Source of the DNA: Deltaproteobacteria bacterium
GTDB taxonomy: Bacteria; Lernaellota; Lernaellaia; JACKCT01
Direction: 5' to 3'
Length of the DNA stretch: 64,000 bases
Assembly: GCA_020633895.1 (NCBI GenBank)
Contig: JACKCT010000002.1
Span: 326,055-390,054 of the forward strand
The notes beneath the pieces are model-generated. The model searched no databases. It was given only the letters and a program-made list of their open reading frames with translations, and was not told the DNA's origin. Within the stretch, counting starts at the first letter, position 1. Every line of letters begins with the position of its first letter. The position numbers and the translations under genes are program-made. Positions 28,627-38,102 of the stretch are shown here, one piece after another.

Positions 28627-28841
28627 CCGGAATAAATCCGGGCGATTTTCCTTCCTTGCCGAGCAAAACGCAAGACGAGTCTCGACCGGGCTTTCGGGCG
28701 GGACGGACCGCGATCGCGATCCGCCGCCGCCGGTCCTTTACCCTGGCGAAAAACCTTGATAAATACCGCGCGTGCGCCGGTTGATCCGTTGGTCGATCCG
28801 CCGGTCGACGAACCGCCGATGCTCCGCGAACGAGGGCCCCT

Positions 28842-29546
28842 TTGGAATCACCCGTCAAAGTCATCTTATTCGATCTGGACGGCACGCTCATGGTCAGCGG
28901 CGGCGCCGGTCAAAAGGCGATCAACGCCGTCTTTGCCGATCGCTACGGCATCCAGGACGCCTTCGGCGACATTGTGCCGCACGGCATGATGGACCCGGTC
29001 ATTTTCCAGCAGATTCTCGATCGCTTCGGCATCACGGCGGAGGATCGGGACGCGCTGCTGGCCGAGCTGGCCGAGGATTACGCCGAGCGCCTGGAGCCGA
29101 TCATGCGCGAGCACGAGCGGGCCCGCCTCATGCCCGGTGTCGTCGAATTGCTCGAAGCCCTGCACGGGCGCGATCATGTCCTGGTCGGCCTCGTGACCGG
29201 CAACTACGAAAAGACCGGGCGTATCAAGCTGGACCGGTTCGGCCTCAACAAGTACTTTGATTTCGGGGCGTTTTCTTCCGACCATCCCGTGCGGGCCGAT
29301 CTGGTTCCCGTGGCGGTCGCCCGGGCCGAGGCCATCCACGGCGGGCCGATCGGCCTGGGGCGCCATGTGGTGCTGGTCGGCGACACGCCCAAGGACGTGG
29401 AGGCGGCGCTGATCAACGGCGTCACCTCGGTGGCGGTGGCGACGCTGGGGCATACGGTGGAGCAACTCGGCGCCGAAGGGGCTCATTTCGTTTTCGAGGA
29501 CTTCTCGGATACGGCGGCCGTGCTGGCGGCCATGGGGGTTTCGTGA
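28842..29546 (+). CDS. HAD-superfamily hydrolase (phosphatase/beta-phosphoglucomutase-like)
   Basis: Motif I ILFDLDGTL, motif II LVTGN, motif IV GDTPKD. Apparent TTG start. Stop overlaps the next gene start. Confidence 0.7.
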   Translation: MESPVKVILFDLDGTLMVSGGAGQKAINAVFADRYGIQDAFGDIVPHGMMDPVIFQQILDRFGITAEDRDALLAELAEDYAERLEPIMREHERARLMPGVVELLEALHGRDHVLVGLVTGNYEKTGRIKLDRFGLNKYFDFGAFSSDHPVRADLVPVAVARAEAIHGGPIGLGRHVVLVGDTPKDVEAALINGVTSVAVATLGHTVEQLGAEGAHFVFEDFSDTAAVLAAMGVS

Positions 29547-31363
29547 TGGATCAGAATACCGCGCTCAAGCTGCTGGATTTTTACAAGGAAAACGGCGAGA
29601 TCGACCAAACCACCTACGACAACGCCCACAAGTGGCTCACGGACCCGGCCTATAAGGCCTATCGGGACGACATCCATACCATGCTGCGTCCCCTGCCGCT
29701 GATCGACGCGTTTTATCAGACCATTCCCTTCGGCACCGGCGGGCGGCGGGGCACCGTGGGCGCCGGGTCCAACCGCATCAACGAACGCACCATCGGCGAA
29801 TCGGCCCAGGGCTACGCGGACTACATCAACGCCGTCGATAAGGGCGGCAAACTCGCCAAGCGCGGCGTGGCCGTCGCCTACGACGTGCGTCCCCACTCGA
29901 AGAAGTTCGGCCGACTCACCGCCGAAGTCCTGGCCGGAAACGGCATCCGCGTCTTTCTCTTCGACAGCCCCCGTTCCACGCCGGAGTTGTCGTTCGCGGT
30001 GCGCCGTCTGGGATGCGTCGGCGGCGTGGTGCTCACCGCCAGCCACAATCCGCCCGCCGACAACGGCTTCAAATGCTATTGGGACGACGGCGGCCAGGTG
30101 GTCGCGCCCCACGATCGGGAAATCCTCAAGCGCGTGGGCAAGGTCGCCAAGATCGCCAAGATGCCCCTGGCCCAGGCCAAGAAGAAGGGCTTGGTGAAAA
30201 TGATCTCCAAGGAGGTCGACAAGCCCTACATCGCCCGTTTCGCCGACGACCATTGGCTGTGCGACGAGCGGGCGGTGAAGATCTTTTACTCGCCCCTGCA
30301 CGGCACCGGCGTGACGATCATCCCCGACGCCCTGAAGTCCATGGGCTTCACCGACGTGGTCATCCCCGCGGATCAGGCCAAGATGGACGGCACCTTCCCC
30401 ACCGTTCCCAATCGCTATCCCAACCCGGAAGAGCCGGCGGCGTTGGAAAAGGCCGTGCTGCTGGCCAAGCAGGTGGGGGCGGATATCGTCATGGGGTCGG
30501 ATCCGGACGCGGATCGGTTGGGGGTGCATGCGCCGGATAAAAACGGCGAGTTTCACTATGTGTCGGGAAATCGCCTGGGCGCGGCCATGGCCCACTTCGT
30601 GCTGGAGAGCCTCAAGGAGCGCGGCGAGCTGCCCAAGAATCCCACCGTCATGACCACCATGGTCTCCACGCAACTCGCCACGGCCGTCGCCAAGAAATTC
30701 AAGGCGAAGATCGTCAACGATCTGCTCGTCGGCTTCAAATACGTGGCCCAGGAGCTGCGCGGCCTCGACGCCAAGGGCAAGACCGACTCGTTCGTCTTCG
30801 GCTTCGAGGAGTCCATCGGTTTCCTGCGCGGCCCGGCGGTGCGGGACAAGGACTCGGCGTCCGCGGCGGTGATCATGGCTCAGCTTATGGCCCGTTTGAA
30901 CGCGCGGGGCATGACCTTTTGGGATTACCTGGACGAGATCTACACCGGCTTGGGTTATTTTGCCGACGCGCAAAAATCCGTGGTGCTCAAGGGCGCGGAC
31001 GGCTCGGCCAAGATGGGGCGCATCATGACGGCGTTTCGCGAGAACCCGCCCAAGTCCCTGGCCGGAAACAATGTGCATGTGGTGATCGACCGTCAGGCCG
31101 GAACCATGAAGAACCTGAAAACCGGCAAGACCAAAAAAATCTCCGGCGACAAGGGCAATGTCGTGCAGCTTTGGCTCGACGAGGAGGGCAAGTCCCGCCT
31201 TTCGATCCGACCGTCGGGCACCGAGCCGAAGATCAAGCACTACGCCTCGGCGTACGTTCCGGTCAAGGACGCCAAGGCCCTCGCGGCCGCCAAGAAAGCC
31301 GGCGACCGGGCCGTGGAGGCGATCCTGAAGGCCACCGAGGAATTCGAAACCAAGGTGCCGTAG
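29543..31363 (+). CDS. phosphomannomutase/phosphoglucomutase (alpha-D-phosphohexomutase family)
   Basis: Active-site loop TASHNPPADNGFK. Mg-binding GSDPDADR. Sugar-binding GFEESIG. Length 606 aa. Confidence 0.9.
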   Translation: MMDQNTALKLLDFYKENGEIDQTTYDNAHKWLTDPAYKAYRDDIHTMLRPLPLIDAFYQTIPFGTGGRRGTVGAGSNRINERTIGESAQGYADYINAVDKGGKLAKRGVAVAYDVRPHSKKFGRLTAEVLAGNGIRVFLFDSPRSTPELSFAVRRLGCVGGVVLTASHNPPADNGFKCYWDDGGQVVAPHDREILKRVGKVAKIAKMPLAQAKKKGLVKMISKEVDKPYIARFADDHWLCDERAVKIFYSPLHGTGVTIIPDALKSMGFTDVVIPADQAKMDGTFPTVPNRYPNPEEPAALEKAVLLAKQVGADIVMGSDPDADRLGVHAPDKNGEFHYVSGNRLGAAMAHFVLESLKERGELPKNPTVMTTMVSTQLATAVAKKFKAKIVNDLLVGFKYVAQELRGLDAKGKTDSFVFGFEESIGFLRGPAVRDKDSASAAVIMAQLMARLNARGMTFWDYLDEIYTGLGYFADAQKSVVLKGADGSAKMGRIMTAFRENPPKSLAGNNVHVVIDRQAGTMKNLKTGKTKKISGDKGNVVQLWLDEEGKSRLSIRPSGTEPKIKHYASAYVPVKDAKALAAAKKAGDRAVEAILKATEEFETKVP

Positions 31364-31537
31364 CGGTCGCGCGGCGGCCGCGACCGTTCTGAGCCGCGAC
31401 CCTATAGGGAGCGGGTTGGTCCAACCCGGCACAAATCCAAGTCGTATTTCGGGGAGGGGGAGTTCCCCCGCCCATTGTGATAGTGTCGAATGCTCGCGGT
31501 TTGCGCGGGCACATTGTCGGGGGATCGGAGGGGCTCG

Positions 31538-33244
31538 ATGAAACGTGATCTGGCCGCGATGGCCGGGAAAACTTACGACTTGTTGATCATCGGCGGAGGC
31601 ATCACCGGATGCGCCGCCGCCCACGACGCCGCGTTGCGCGGATTGTCCGTGGCGATGGTCGACAAGGACGATTTCGGCCACGCCACCAGCAGCGCGACCA
31701 GCAAGCTGATCCACGGCGGGCTGCGTTATCTGAAAAACTTCGAGTTCTCCCTGGTTCGCGAATCGCTACGCGAGCGACGCACCATGAGCTTCATCGCGCC
31801 CCATATCGTCGCGCCGATCCCGTTTTTGTTCCCCTGCTACGCGGGGCTGCGTCGGGACAATAATCTGACCAAACTCGTGATGGGCATGCTGCTGTACGAC
31901 CGCCTGTCCTTCGACAAGGCCAAGCTGGACGACCCGGACCGCAAGGTGCCTCGGTGGGAGTATTTCAACCGGGACGGCGTGTTCAAGGTGGAGAAAGACG
32001 TCCTGCCCCGGGATCTGACCGGTGCCGCCGTTTACTACGACTGCCAGATGTGGGACCCGAACCGGCTGACGTTGGAATTCGTCCTGGCCGCGACGGAGAA
32101 CGGCGCCCGCGTCGCCAACTATGCCGAGGTCGTCGAACTCATCAAGGACGGCAACACGATCAAGGGCGCCGTGGTGCGCGATCGCCTCAGCGACCAAACG
32201 CACTCCATCAATGCCCGCATGACCGTCAACGCCAGCGGTCCCTGGGCGGATTTCGTCTCCGGGCTGCTCTCGGCCGAGGCGCGCAAGCCCCTGGTGCGAA
32301 GCCAGGGCATCCACATGATCACGAATAACATCACCAACGGCCACGGCCTGGTGCAGTACACCGAGTCGGGCCGCTTTTTCTTCATCATCCCCTGGCGGGA
32401 TAAGTCGCTGATCGGCACCACCGACACGCGCTACGAAGGCGACCCGGACAAATACGGCGTGCTGCGCAAGGATGTGGAGCACTTCCTGGGCGAGGTCAGG
32501 GCAGTGTACCCCGGCGCGAAGGATCTGACGCTCGATGACATCTCGTGGACCTACGGCGGACTGCGTCCGATTGTGGAGACCGAGACATCGGTGGAGAACG
32601 TCAACAAGGCCTCGCGCAAATACGAGTTTTACGACCACGAGGTCGACGACGGCATCAAGGGGATGATGAGCGTCATCGGCGGCAAGTACACCACCAGCCG
32701 CGCGCTGGCCGAAACGCTGGTCGACAAGGTGACGGAGAAGATGGGGCTGCCGCGACCGGCGCGGGTGACGCGGGGCTACGTGCTGCCCGGCGGGCGCATC
32801 GGGTCTTGGCAGGGCCTGGTGGAACGGCTGGAGCGGGGCTACGGCCTGAGCAGCGACGACGCGAGGCGCTGGGGCCGTCCCTTTGGGGCCTTTGCCGAAG
32901 ACCTGATCGCGGCGGGCAATGAAAACGCCGACCTGGGCCGCCGCCCGGATGAGCGCCAGATCGAGACCCTAGCCGTCGTTCAGCGGGCGGTGACGGAAGA
33001 AATGGCGATGACGGTGGAGGACATGCTCTTTCGCCGCTCGGGCATGGGCACGACCGGGGAATTTTCCGCCGAGGCGGTCGAGACGGTGGCCAAGCACATG
33101 GCCGGCTTGCTGGGTTGGGACGACGCGCGTCTGGCCGACGAGATTCAAACCAACCAGGAAAAACTGCGCCGACGCAATATCCTCGATTTCGACGACCCGG
33201 CTCCCGATCCCCACGGCGACGCGTCGCTGTTGCAGGTGACTTGA
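31538..33244 (+). CDS. FAD-dependent glycerol-3-phosphate dehydrogenase/oxidase (GlpD/GlpO-like)
   Basis: YDLLIIGGGITGCAAAHDAALRGLSVAMVDKDDFGHATSSATSKLIHGGLRYL is a GlpD N-terminal signature. ATG at 31538 preferred over the longer upstream ORF. Confidence 0.85.
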   Translation: MKRDLAAMAGKTYDLLIIGGGITGCAAAHDAALRGLSVAMVDKDDFGHATSSATSKLIHGGLRYLKNFEFSLVRESLRERRTMSFIAPHIVAPIPFLFPCYAGLRRDNNLTKLVMGMLLYDRLSFDKAKLDDPDRKVPRWEYFNRDGVFKVEKDVLPRDLTGAAVYYDCQMWDPNRLTLEFVLAATENGARVANYAEVVELIKDGNTIKGAVVRDRLSDQTHSINARMTVNASGPWADFVSGLLSAEARKPLVRSQGIHMITNNITNGHGLVQYTESGRFFFIIPWRDKSLIGTTDTRYEGDPDKYGVLRKDVEHFLGEVRAVYPGAKDLTLDDISWTYGGLRPIVETETSVENVNKASRKYEFYDHEVDDGIKGMMSVIGGKYTTSRALAETLVDKVTEKMGLPRPARVTRGYVLPGGRIGSWQGLVERLERGYGLSSDDARRWGRPFGAFAEDLIAAGNENADLGRRPDERQIETLAVVQRAVTEEMAMTVEDMLFRRSGMGTTGEFSAEAVETVAKHMAGLLGWDDARLADEIQTNQEKLRRRNILDFDDPAPDPHGDASLLQVT

Positions 33245-33266
33245 GGTTTTGGGTTGATCAGGGTTT

Positions 33267-33368
33267 GTCATCCTGAGTGAAACGAAGGATCTTGGTTCGA
33301 CCTGGTGAGAATTCCGCGTTGTCCCAGGCTCGGGTCGTGGCAAGGGCCTTCACTTCGTTCAGGATGAC
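33267..33368. repeat. REP/MITE-like palindromic element (family C: GTCATCCTGAGTGAAACGAAGG ... CCTTCACTTCGTTCAGGATGAC)
   Basis: 22-bp inverted repeat arms with 1-2 mismatches, between convergent glpD-like and phoU. A related copy sits at 53739-53835. Confidence 0.7.
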
Positions 33369-33408
33369 ATCGGGGTATGCACGACGACACCTGTTCGACT
33401 GGGCCGAC

Positions 33409-34104
33409 TTAGCCGACGCCGCCGGAGGTCTTGCGGTAGCCGATGTGACGCACGTCTTCGCCGCCCACCAGGAAGATGACCTGCTCGGCCATGTTCTCGG
33501 CGTGGTCGCCCATGCGCTCCAGGTATTTGGCGACGGATTGGACGTGAATGCCCCGCTCGACGAGTTGGGGGTCGGCGACCATCAATTCGAGCAGATCGGC
33601 GAAGATTTCGTCGTAGAGATCGTCGACCTCGTCATCCCGGTCGATGACATTATTGGCCAGTTGAGGATCGGTGTTGACCAGGGCGTCGATGGCGTCGCGC
33701 ACCATGGACTGCACCAACTCGCCCATCTTGGGGATGTCGTGGTAGGGCTTGAGGGGCTCCGCGGCGTTCAGGTCGATCGCCCGCTCGGCGATATTCACCG
33801 CCAGGTCGCCCACGCGCTCCAATTCGCCGACCATTTTGTGCGTCTGAAGCAGGAAGCGCAGGTCCACGCCCATCGGCTGCCGGCGCGCCAGAATGCGCCA
33901 GCACTGGTCGTCGATGGCCACTTCGTCGCCGTTGACGGCGGCGTCCTGCTTGATCACCTGGCGTGCGATGTCCGAGTCCCGGTCCACCAACGCCCGCATC
34001 GCGCCGTCGATCATCTCCTCCACGCGCCCGGCCATCAGCAGCAGGCGGTCCCGGAGGAGGCGGAGTTCTTCTTCGAAGGCACGATCGGTATGTTGAGCGG
34101 GCAT
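33409..34104 (-). CDS. phoU: phosphate signalling complex protein PhoU
   Basis: Two PhoU repeats (E/DxxxD motifs, e.g. ERVGDLAVNIAERA and ERMGDHAENMAEQV). Located downstream of pstB. Confidence 0.9.
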   Translation of the reverse strand: MPAQHTDRAFEEELRLLRDRLLLMAGRVEEMIDGAMRALVDRDSDIARQVIKQDAAVNGDEVAIDDQCWRILARRQPMGVDLRFLLQTHKMVGELERVGDLAVNIAERAIDLNAAEPLKPYHDIPKMGELVQSMVRDAIDALVNTDPQLANNVIDRDDEVDDLYDEIFADLLELMVADPQLVERGIHVQSVAKYLERMGDHAENMAEQVIFLVGGEDVRHIGYRKTSGGVG

Positions 34105-34225
34105 GGGCACCTCACTTAGCGCAAATGCGTGAACAAGATACAAGATGTAGTACCTTTGCATCTTGCCGTCCGGACAAAACTTAGTCCAGACTAAAAATCA
34201 TGATGCCACAAAATATCCGAAATGC

Positions 34226-35008
34226 CTAACCAAATTTTCCGGTGATGTATTCGTCGGTCTGCTGTTTGGTGGGTTTTGTGAAGATGCTGTCGGTATCGTT
34301 GAATTCGATCAGCTCGCCCATGAGGAAGAACGCGGTCCGATCGGACACCCGGGCGGCCTGCTGCATATTGTGCGTGACGATGACGATCGTGTAGTTCTCG
34401 CGCAGGCTGTGGATCAAGTCCTCGATGCGCGCCGTGGCGATGGGATCCAGGGCGGAGCAGGGCTCGTCCATGAGGATCACGTCCGGGTCCACGGCCAGCG
34501 CCCGGGCGATGCACAGCCGCTGTTGCTGCCCGCCGGACAGGCCCGATCCCAACTTGTTGAGTTCGTCCTTCACCTCGTCCCACAACGCCGCCTGGCGAAG
34601 CGCCCGCTCGACGATCTGCGCATCGTTGGATTTGCTGGAAGTCTTCGTCAGGCGAAGTCCGGCCAGCACGTTTTCGCGGATGGTCATCGTGGGGAAGGGG
34701 TTGGGCTTCTGGAAAACCATCCCCACCTTGCGACGCAGCCGGGCCGGGTCGACATTGGGGTGGTTGATGTCCTGCCCCTCGAGCACGATGCTGCCTTCCA
34801 CCCGGGCGCCGGGGACGATCTCGTGCATCCGGTTCAGGCAGCGGATGAAGGTGGACTTGCCGCAACCGGACGGGCCGATGATGGCCGTCACCCCGCCGGT
34901 GGGAATCTGCATTTCGATGCCCTTGAGCACCAAGGTCTTGCCGTACCAGGCTTTGAGGCCCGACACGGAAAACTGGGGATTATCGATGGGCGATTGCCGA
35001 AGGGGCAT
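34226..35008 (-). CDS. pstB: phosphate ABC transporter ATP-binding protein
   Basis: Walker [10 protein letters not shown]. Signature [14 protein letters not shown]. Walker B ILMDEP. Confidence 0.95.
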   Translation of the reverse strand: MPLRQSPIDNPQFSVSGLKAWYGKTLVLKGIEMQIPTGGVTAIIGPSGCGKSTFIRCLNRMHEIVPGARVEGSIVLEGQDINHPNVDPARLRRKVGMVFQKPNPFPTMTIRENVLAGLRLTKTSSKSNDAQIVERALRQAALWDEVKDELNKLGSGLSGGQQQRLCIARALAVDPDVILMDEPCSALDPIATARIEDLIHSLRENYTIVIVTHNMQQAARVSDRTAFFLMGELIEFNDTDSIFTKPTKQQTDEYITGKFG

Positions 35009-35012
35009 TCAA

Positions 35013-35861
35013 TCAACTCCGCCGCTGATATTTCTGACGCAAGTAAATCGCCAGCGCATTGAACATCAAAAGAATCGCCATCAGAACCATGATCCCCGCC
35101 GCCGCGTTGATGACGAATTCGGGCTGGGGCCTGGAGACCCAGTTGAAAATCTGGATCGGCAACGCGGTAAACGGCGACATGGGCCCGTCGGGCAGGAAGG
35201 TCACGTAGGTCAGGGCGCCGATCGCGATCAGGGGCGCGGTCTCGCCGATGGCGCGGGAGATGGCCAGGATCGAACCGGTCAGCATGCCGGGCAGGGCCAT
35301 GGGCACCACCACCTGGCGGATGGCCTGCCACTTGGTTGAGCCCAGGGCGTAGCAGCCTTCCCGCAGGCCGTTGGGCACGGTGGCCAGCGCCTCCCGGGAG
35401 GCGACGATGATGATCGGCAGGATCAGCAGCGCCAACGTCAGCGCCCCGGACATCAAGCTCTGGCCGAAATTGGCGAAACGCACAAAAATCTCCAAGCCCA
35501 GCAGGCCGTAGATGATCGACGGCACTCCCGCCAGATTGGCGATGTTCACCTCGATCAGGCGGGTGAGCCAGTTGTCGCCGCCGTATTCTTCCAGATAGAT
35601 CGCCGCGCCGATGCCCACCGGGACGGCGAACGCGCCGGTCAGGCCGATGAGGTAAATGCTGCCCACCAGGGCCGGTTTGATGCCCGCCAATTCCGCCTTG
35701 CGCGAAGGCAGGCTGGTCAGAAAACTCCACGTCAGGCGGCCGGCGCCGTCCATGACCACGTCGGCCAGCAGCACGAACAGCATCGCCAGCGGGACGAGCA
35801 CGGCGAACAGGCAAAGCCCGATAAACGCCTTCTCCCATTTTTCCACGCCGGTGCGATACAT
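35013..35861 (-). CDS. pstA: phosphate ABC transporter permease PstA
   Basis: Six-TM permease with EAA-like loop ([14 protein letters not shown]). Position follows E. coli pstSCAB order. Confidence 0.9.
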   Translation of the reverse strand: MYRTGVEKWEKAFIGLCLFAVLVPLAMLFVLLADVVMDGAGRLTWSFLTSLPSRKAELAGIKPALVGSIYLIGLTGAFAVPVGIGAAIYLEEYGGDNWLTRLIEVNIANLAGVPSIIYGLLGLEIFVRFANFGQSLMSGALTLALLILPIIIVASREALATVPNGLREGCYALGSTKWQAIRQVVVPMALPGMLTGSILAISRAIGETAPLIAIGALTYVTFLPDGPMSPFTALPIQIFNWVSRPQPEFVINAAAGIMVLMAILLMFNALAIYLRQKYQRRS

Positions 35862-36800
35862 CTAGAGCTTCCCTCGGAATTTTCGCGCCAGCCGCTGGCT
35901 GAGCATGTTCATCGCCAGGGTCATCAAAAACAGCGACGCGCCGACCACGAAGATCGTTTTGTATTCCAACGTGCCGTGGGGCGTGTCGCCCATGGATACC
36001 TGCACGATGTACGCGGTCATGGTCTCGATGGGCACGCGGGGGTCCATGGTCAGGCGCGGCTGCTGGCCCGCGGCGATGGCCACGACCATCGTCTCGCCGA
36101 TGGCGCGGGAGATGGCCAGCGTCACCGACGCGGCGATGCCCGACAAGGCCGCGGGGATCACCACCCGCACAATCGTCGGCAAGCGCCGGGCGCCCAGGGC
36201 GTACGCCCCCTCCCGCAGGGCGCGGGGAACGGCGTAAATCGCGTCCTCGGACAGGGAGGCGATCATCGGCGTAATCATGACGCCCATGATGATGCCCGGA
36301 CTCAGGGCGTTAAATCCCGCCAGACCCGGGACGATCTTTTGCAGCAGGGGCGTGAGGAAAACCAAGGCGAAGTAGCCGTACACGATGGACGGAACGCCCG
36401 CCAGGATTTCCAGCATGGGTTTGAGAATCCGGCGCGCCCGCTCGTCGGCGAACTCGGACAGATAGATCGCCGAAAGCAAGCCGAAAGGCAGGGCCACCGC
36501 GATCGCCACCAGCGTGGTGAGCATGGTGCCCGCCACCAGCGGCCAGATGCCGAAATGCTTGTCGACGAACAGGGGGGTCCATTGGGTGTCGCCCAAAAAA
36601 CGGGAGATGGGCACTTCGCGGAAGAACGAAATCGTCTCGTAGGCCAGCACCAGGACGATGCCGATGGTCGTGAAGATCGACAGGACGCCGCACGCCCTCA
36701 GGACGATTTCGATCACACGCTCGGGCCACGGAGTCGCCGAACGTGTCAGATAACCGGCCGCCGGGGCGACCGGGCTAAACTCTGGGGAATTCGCGGCCAC
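35862..36800 (-). CDS. pstC: phosphate ABC transporter permease PstC
   Basis: Permease with EAA loop ([12 protein letters not shown]). Immediately downstream of pstS. Confidence 0.9.
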   Translation of the reverse strand: MAANSPEFSPVAPAAGYLTRSATPWPERVIEIVLRACGVLSIFTTIGIVLVLAYETISFFREVPISRFLGDTQWTPLFVDKHFGIWPLVAGTMLTTLVAIAVALPFGLLSAIYLSEFADERARRILKPMLEILAGVPSIVYGYFALVFLTPLLQKIVPGLAGFNALSPGIIMGVMITPMIASLSEDAIYAVPRALREGAYALGARRLPTIVRVVIPAALSGIAASVTLAISRAIGETMVVAIAAGQQPRLTMDPRVPIETMTAYIVQVSMGDTPHGTLEYKTIFVVGASLFLMTLAMNMLSQRLARKFRGKL

Positions 36801-36838
36801 GATTCGTCTTTCGGGTCAACCCGGATGGGAAGTGGGGA

Positions 36839-37969
36839 TTAGCCGGCGGAGCCTTCTTCGGTCTTGGGGGCCTCGGCCGCCGGAGCTTCTTCCGCCGTGC
36901 CCTCGGGGGCGCCCTCGGCCGCCTCGCCGGTGCCTTCCTTGGAGAGCAGCTCCTCGACCGTCACGCCCACCGTCGCGCCGCCGCCGGCGAAGACCGAGCC
37001 GGTGGTGCGGGACTCGAAGCGCGCCTTGGCCAACTCATAGGCTTTGTCCGGCAGCGGGATATAGCCCACCTCCTTGACCAGGCCCGGCGTGCTCAGATAG
37101 TGCGTCACGAACTCGGTCACGATGGGCCGGGTGTCGGCTTCCTTCTTGTTGACGTAGATGAAGATCGGCCGGGACAAGGGTTGGTATGTGCCGTCGCCGA
37201 CGGATTCCAGGGAGGGCGGAATGGCCTTGGCGTCCTTGTCCATCTTGATCGACGCCACGTTCAGGCGCTCGGTGTTTTCCGCGTAGTAGGCGAAGCCGAA
37301 AAAGCCCAGGCCGTATTTGTCCGTCGCCACGCCCTGCACCAGGACGTTGTCGTCCTCGCTGGCCGTGAAGTCGCCCCGGCTGGAGTGCTCCGTGCCCACG
37401 ATGGCCTGCGTGAAGTAGTCATAGGTGCCCGAGTCCACGCCGGGACCGAACAGATGCAGTTCCTCTTTCGGCCAGCCGTCGCGCACGTCCGACCATTTCA
37501 TGACCTTGCCCTGGGCCTCGGGCTCCCACATCTTCTTGAGTTCCTCGACGGTCATCTCGCCGGCCCAGTCGTTCTCCTTGTTGAGCACGACCGCGATGCC
37601 GTCATAGGCCACGGGGATCTCGACATATTCCACGCCCGCCGCCTTGCAGTCGGCCATTTCCGATTCCTTGATGGGACGGGAGGCGTCCGAGATCGCGGTC
37701 TCGGCCCGGCAGAATTTCTTGAATCCGCCGCCCGTGCCCGAAACGCCGATGGTGATGCGCACCTCCGGGTGCTTGGCGCGGAAGGCCTCGGCCATGGCTT
37801 CGGAGATCGGATAGACCGTGGAGGAACCGTCGATGGCGATGGCTTGTGCTTGGGCCGGCGGGGGCGCGCCCGGCTCTCCCCCGGGGGAGGAAGCGTTTTG
37901 CGTGCAGGCCGACAGCAGCAAAGCCGTCAGCATGGCGGTCATCACGGCAAGGAGGGGGCGCGTGTTCAC
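36839..37969 (-). CDS. pstS: phosphate ABC transporter substrate-binding lipoprotein PstS with a low-complexity Ala/Glu/Pro-rich C-terminal extension
   Basis: GTG start at 37969 with GAGG 6 nt upstream. Lipobox LLLSAC. PBP fold motifs (GSSTVYP, SGTGGG). The ORF-track N-terminal extension is rejected. Confidence 0.85.
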   Translation of the reverse strand: MNTRPLLAVMTAMLTALLLSACTQNASSPGGEPGAPPPAQAQAIAIDGSSTVYPISEAMAEAFRAKHPEVRITIGVSGTGGGFKKFCRAETAISDASRPIKESEMADCKAAGVEYVEIPVAYDGIAVVLNKENDWAGEMTVEELKKMWEPEAQGKVMKWSDVRDGWPKEELHLFGPGVDSGTYDYFTQAIVGTEHSSRGDFTASEDDNVLVQGVATDKYGLGFFGFAYYAENTERLNVASIKMDKDAKAIPPSLESVGDGTYQPLSRPIFIYVNKKEADTRPIVTEFVTHYLSTPGLVKEVGYIPLPDKAYELAKARFESRTTGSVFAGGGATVGVTVEELLSKEGTGEAAEGAPEGTAEEAPAAEAPKTEEGSAG

Positions 37970-38055
37970 AGTCACCTCGCTCAAGCTTGGGAGATTTGTT
38001 GAATGAGTCAAAGCGTTGCCAAAACGGAACGATAGGAAATCACGATGGCCCGAGA

Positions 38056-38102
38056 CTGTCAATCGTCGAATATCTCGTCATATTTTCGTCACATAGACGT
38101 CA
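38056..38102. promoter_or_regulatory. candidate Pho-box array: CGTC(G/A) repeats with 11-bp periodicity, plus one TGTCA 8 bp upstream
   Basis: cTGTCAatcgTCGTCGaatatcTCGTCAtatttTCGTCAcatagaCGTCA. Four repeats start at 38065, 38076, 38087 and 38098, spaced exactly 11 bp. The array lies 87-133 bp upstream of the pstS start and overlaps the last codons of the upstream glycosyltransferase gene. Confidence 0.5.

Noticed and set aside
31440-31475. GGGGGAGTTCCCCC palindrome upstream of the glpD-like gene as a structured regulatory RNA
   Set aside because: A single short hairpin without conserved context. Cannot be distinguished from a remnant of the adjacent repeat element.
29483-31714. 743-aa ORF antisense to the phosphomannomutase and HAD genes
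   Set aside because: Antisense, Gly/Arg/His-rich. The sense genes carry exact catalytic signatures (TASHNP, DLDGTL).
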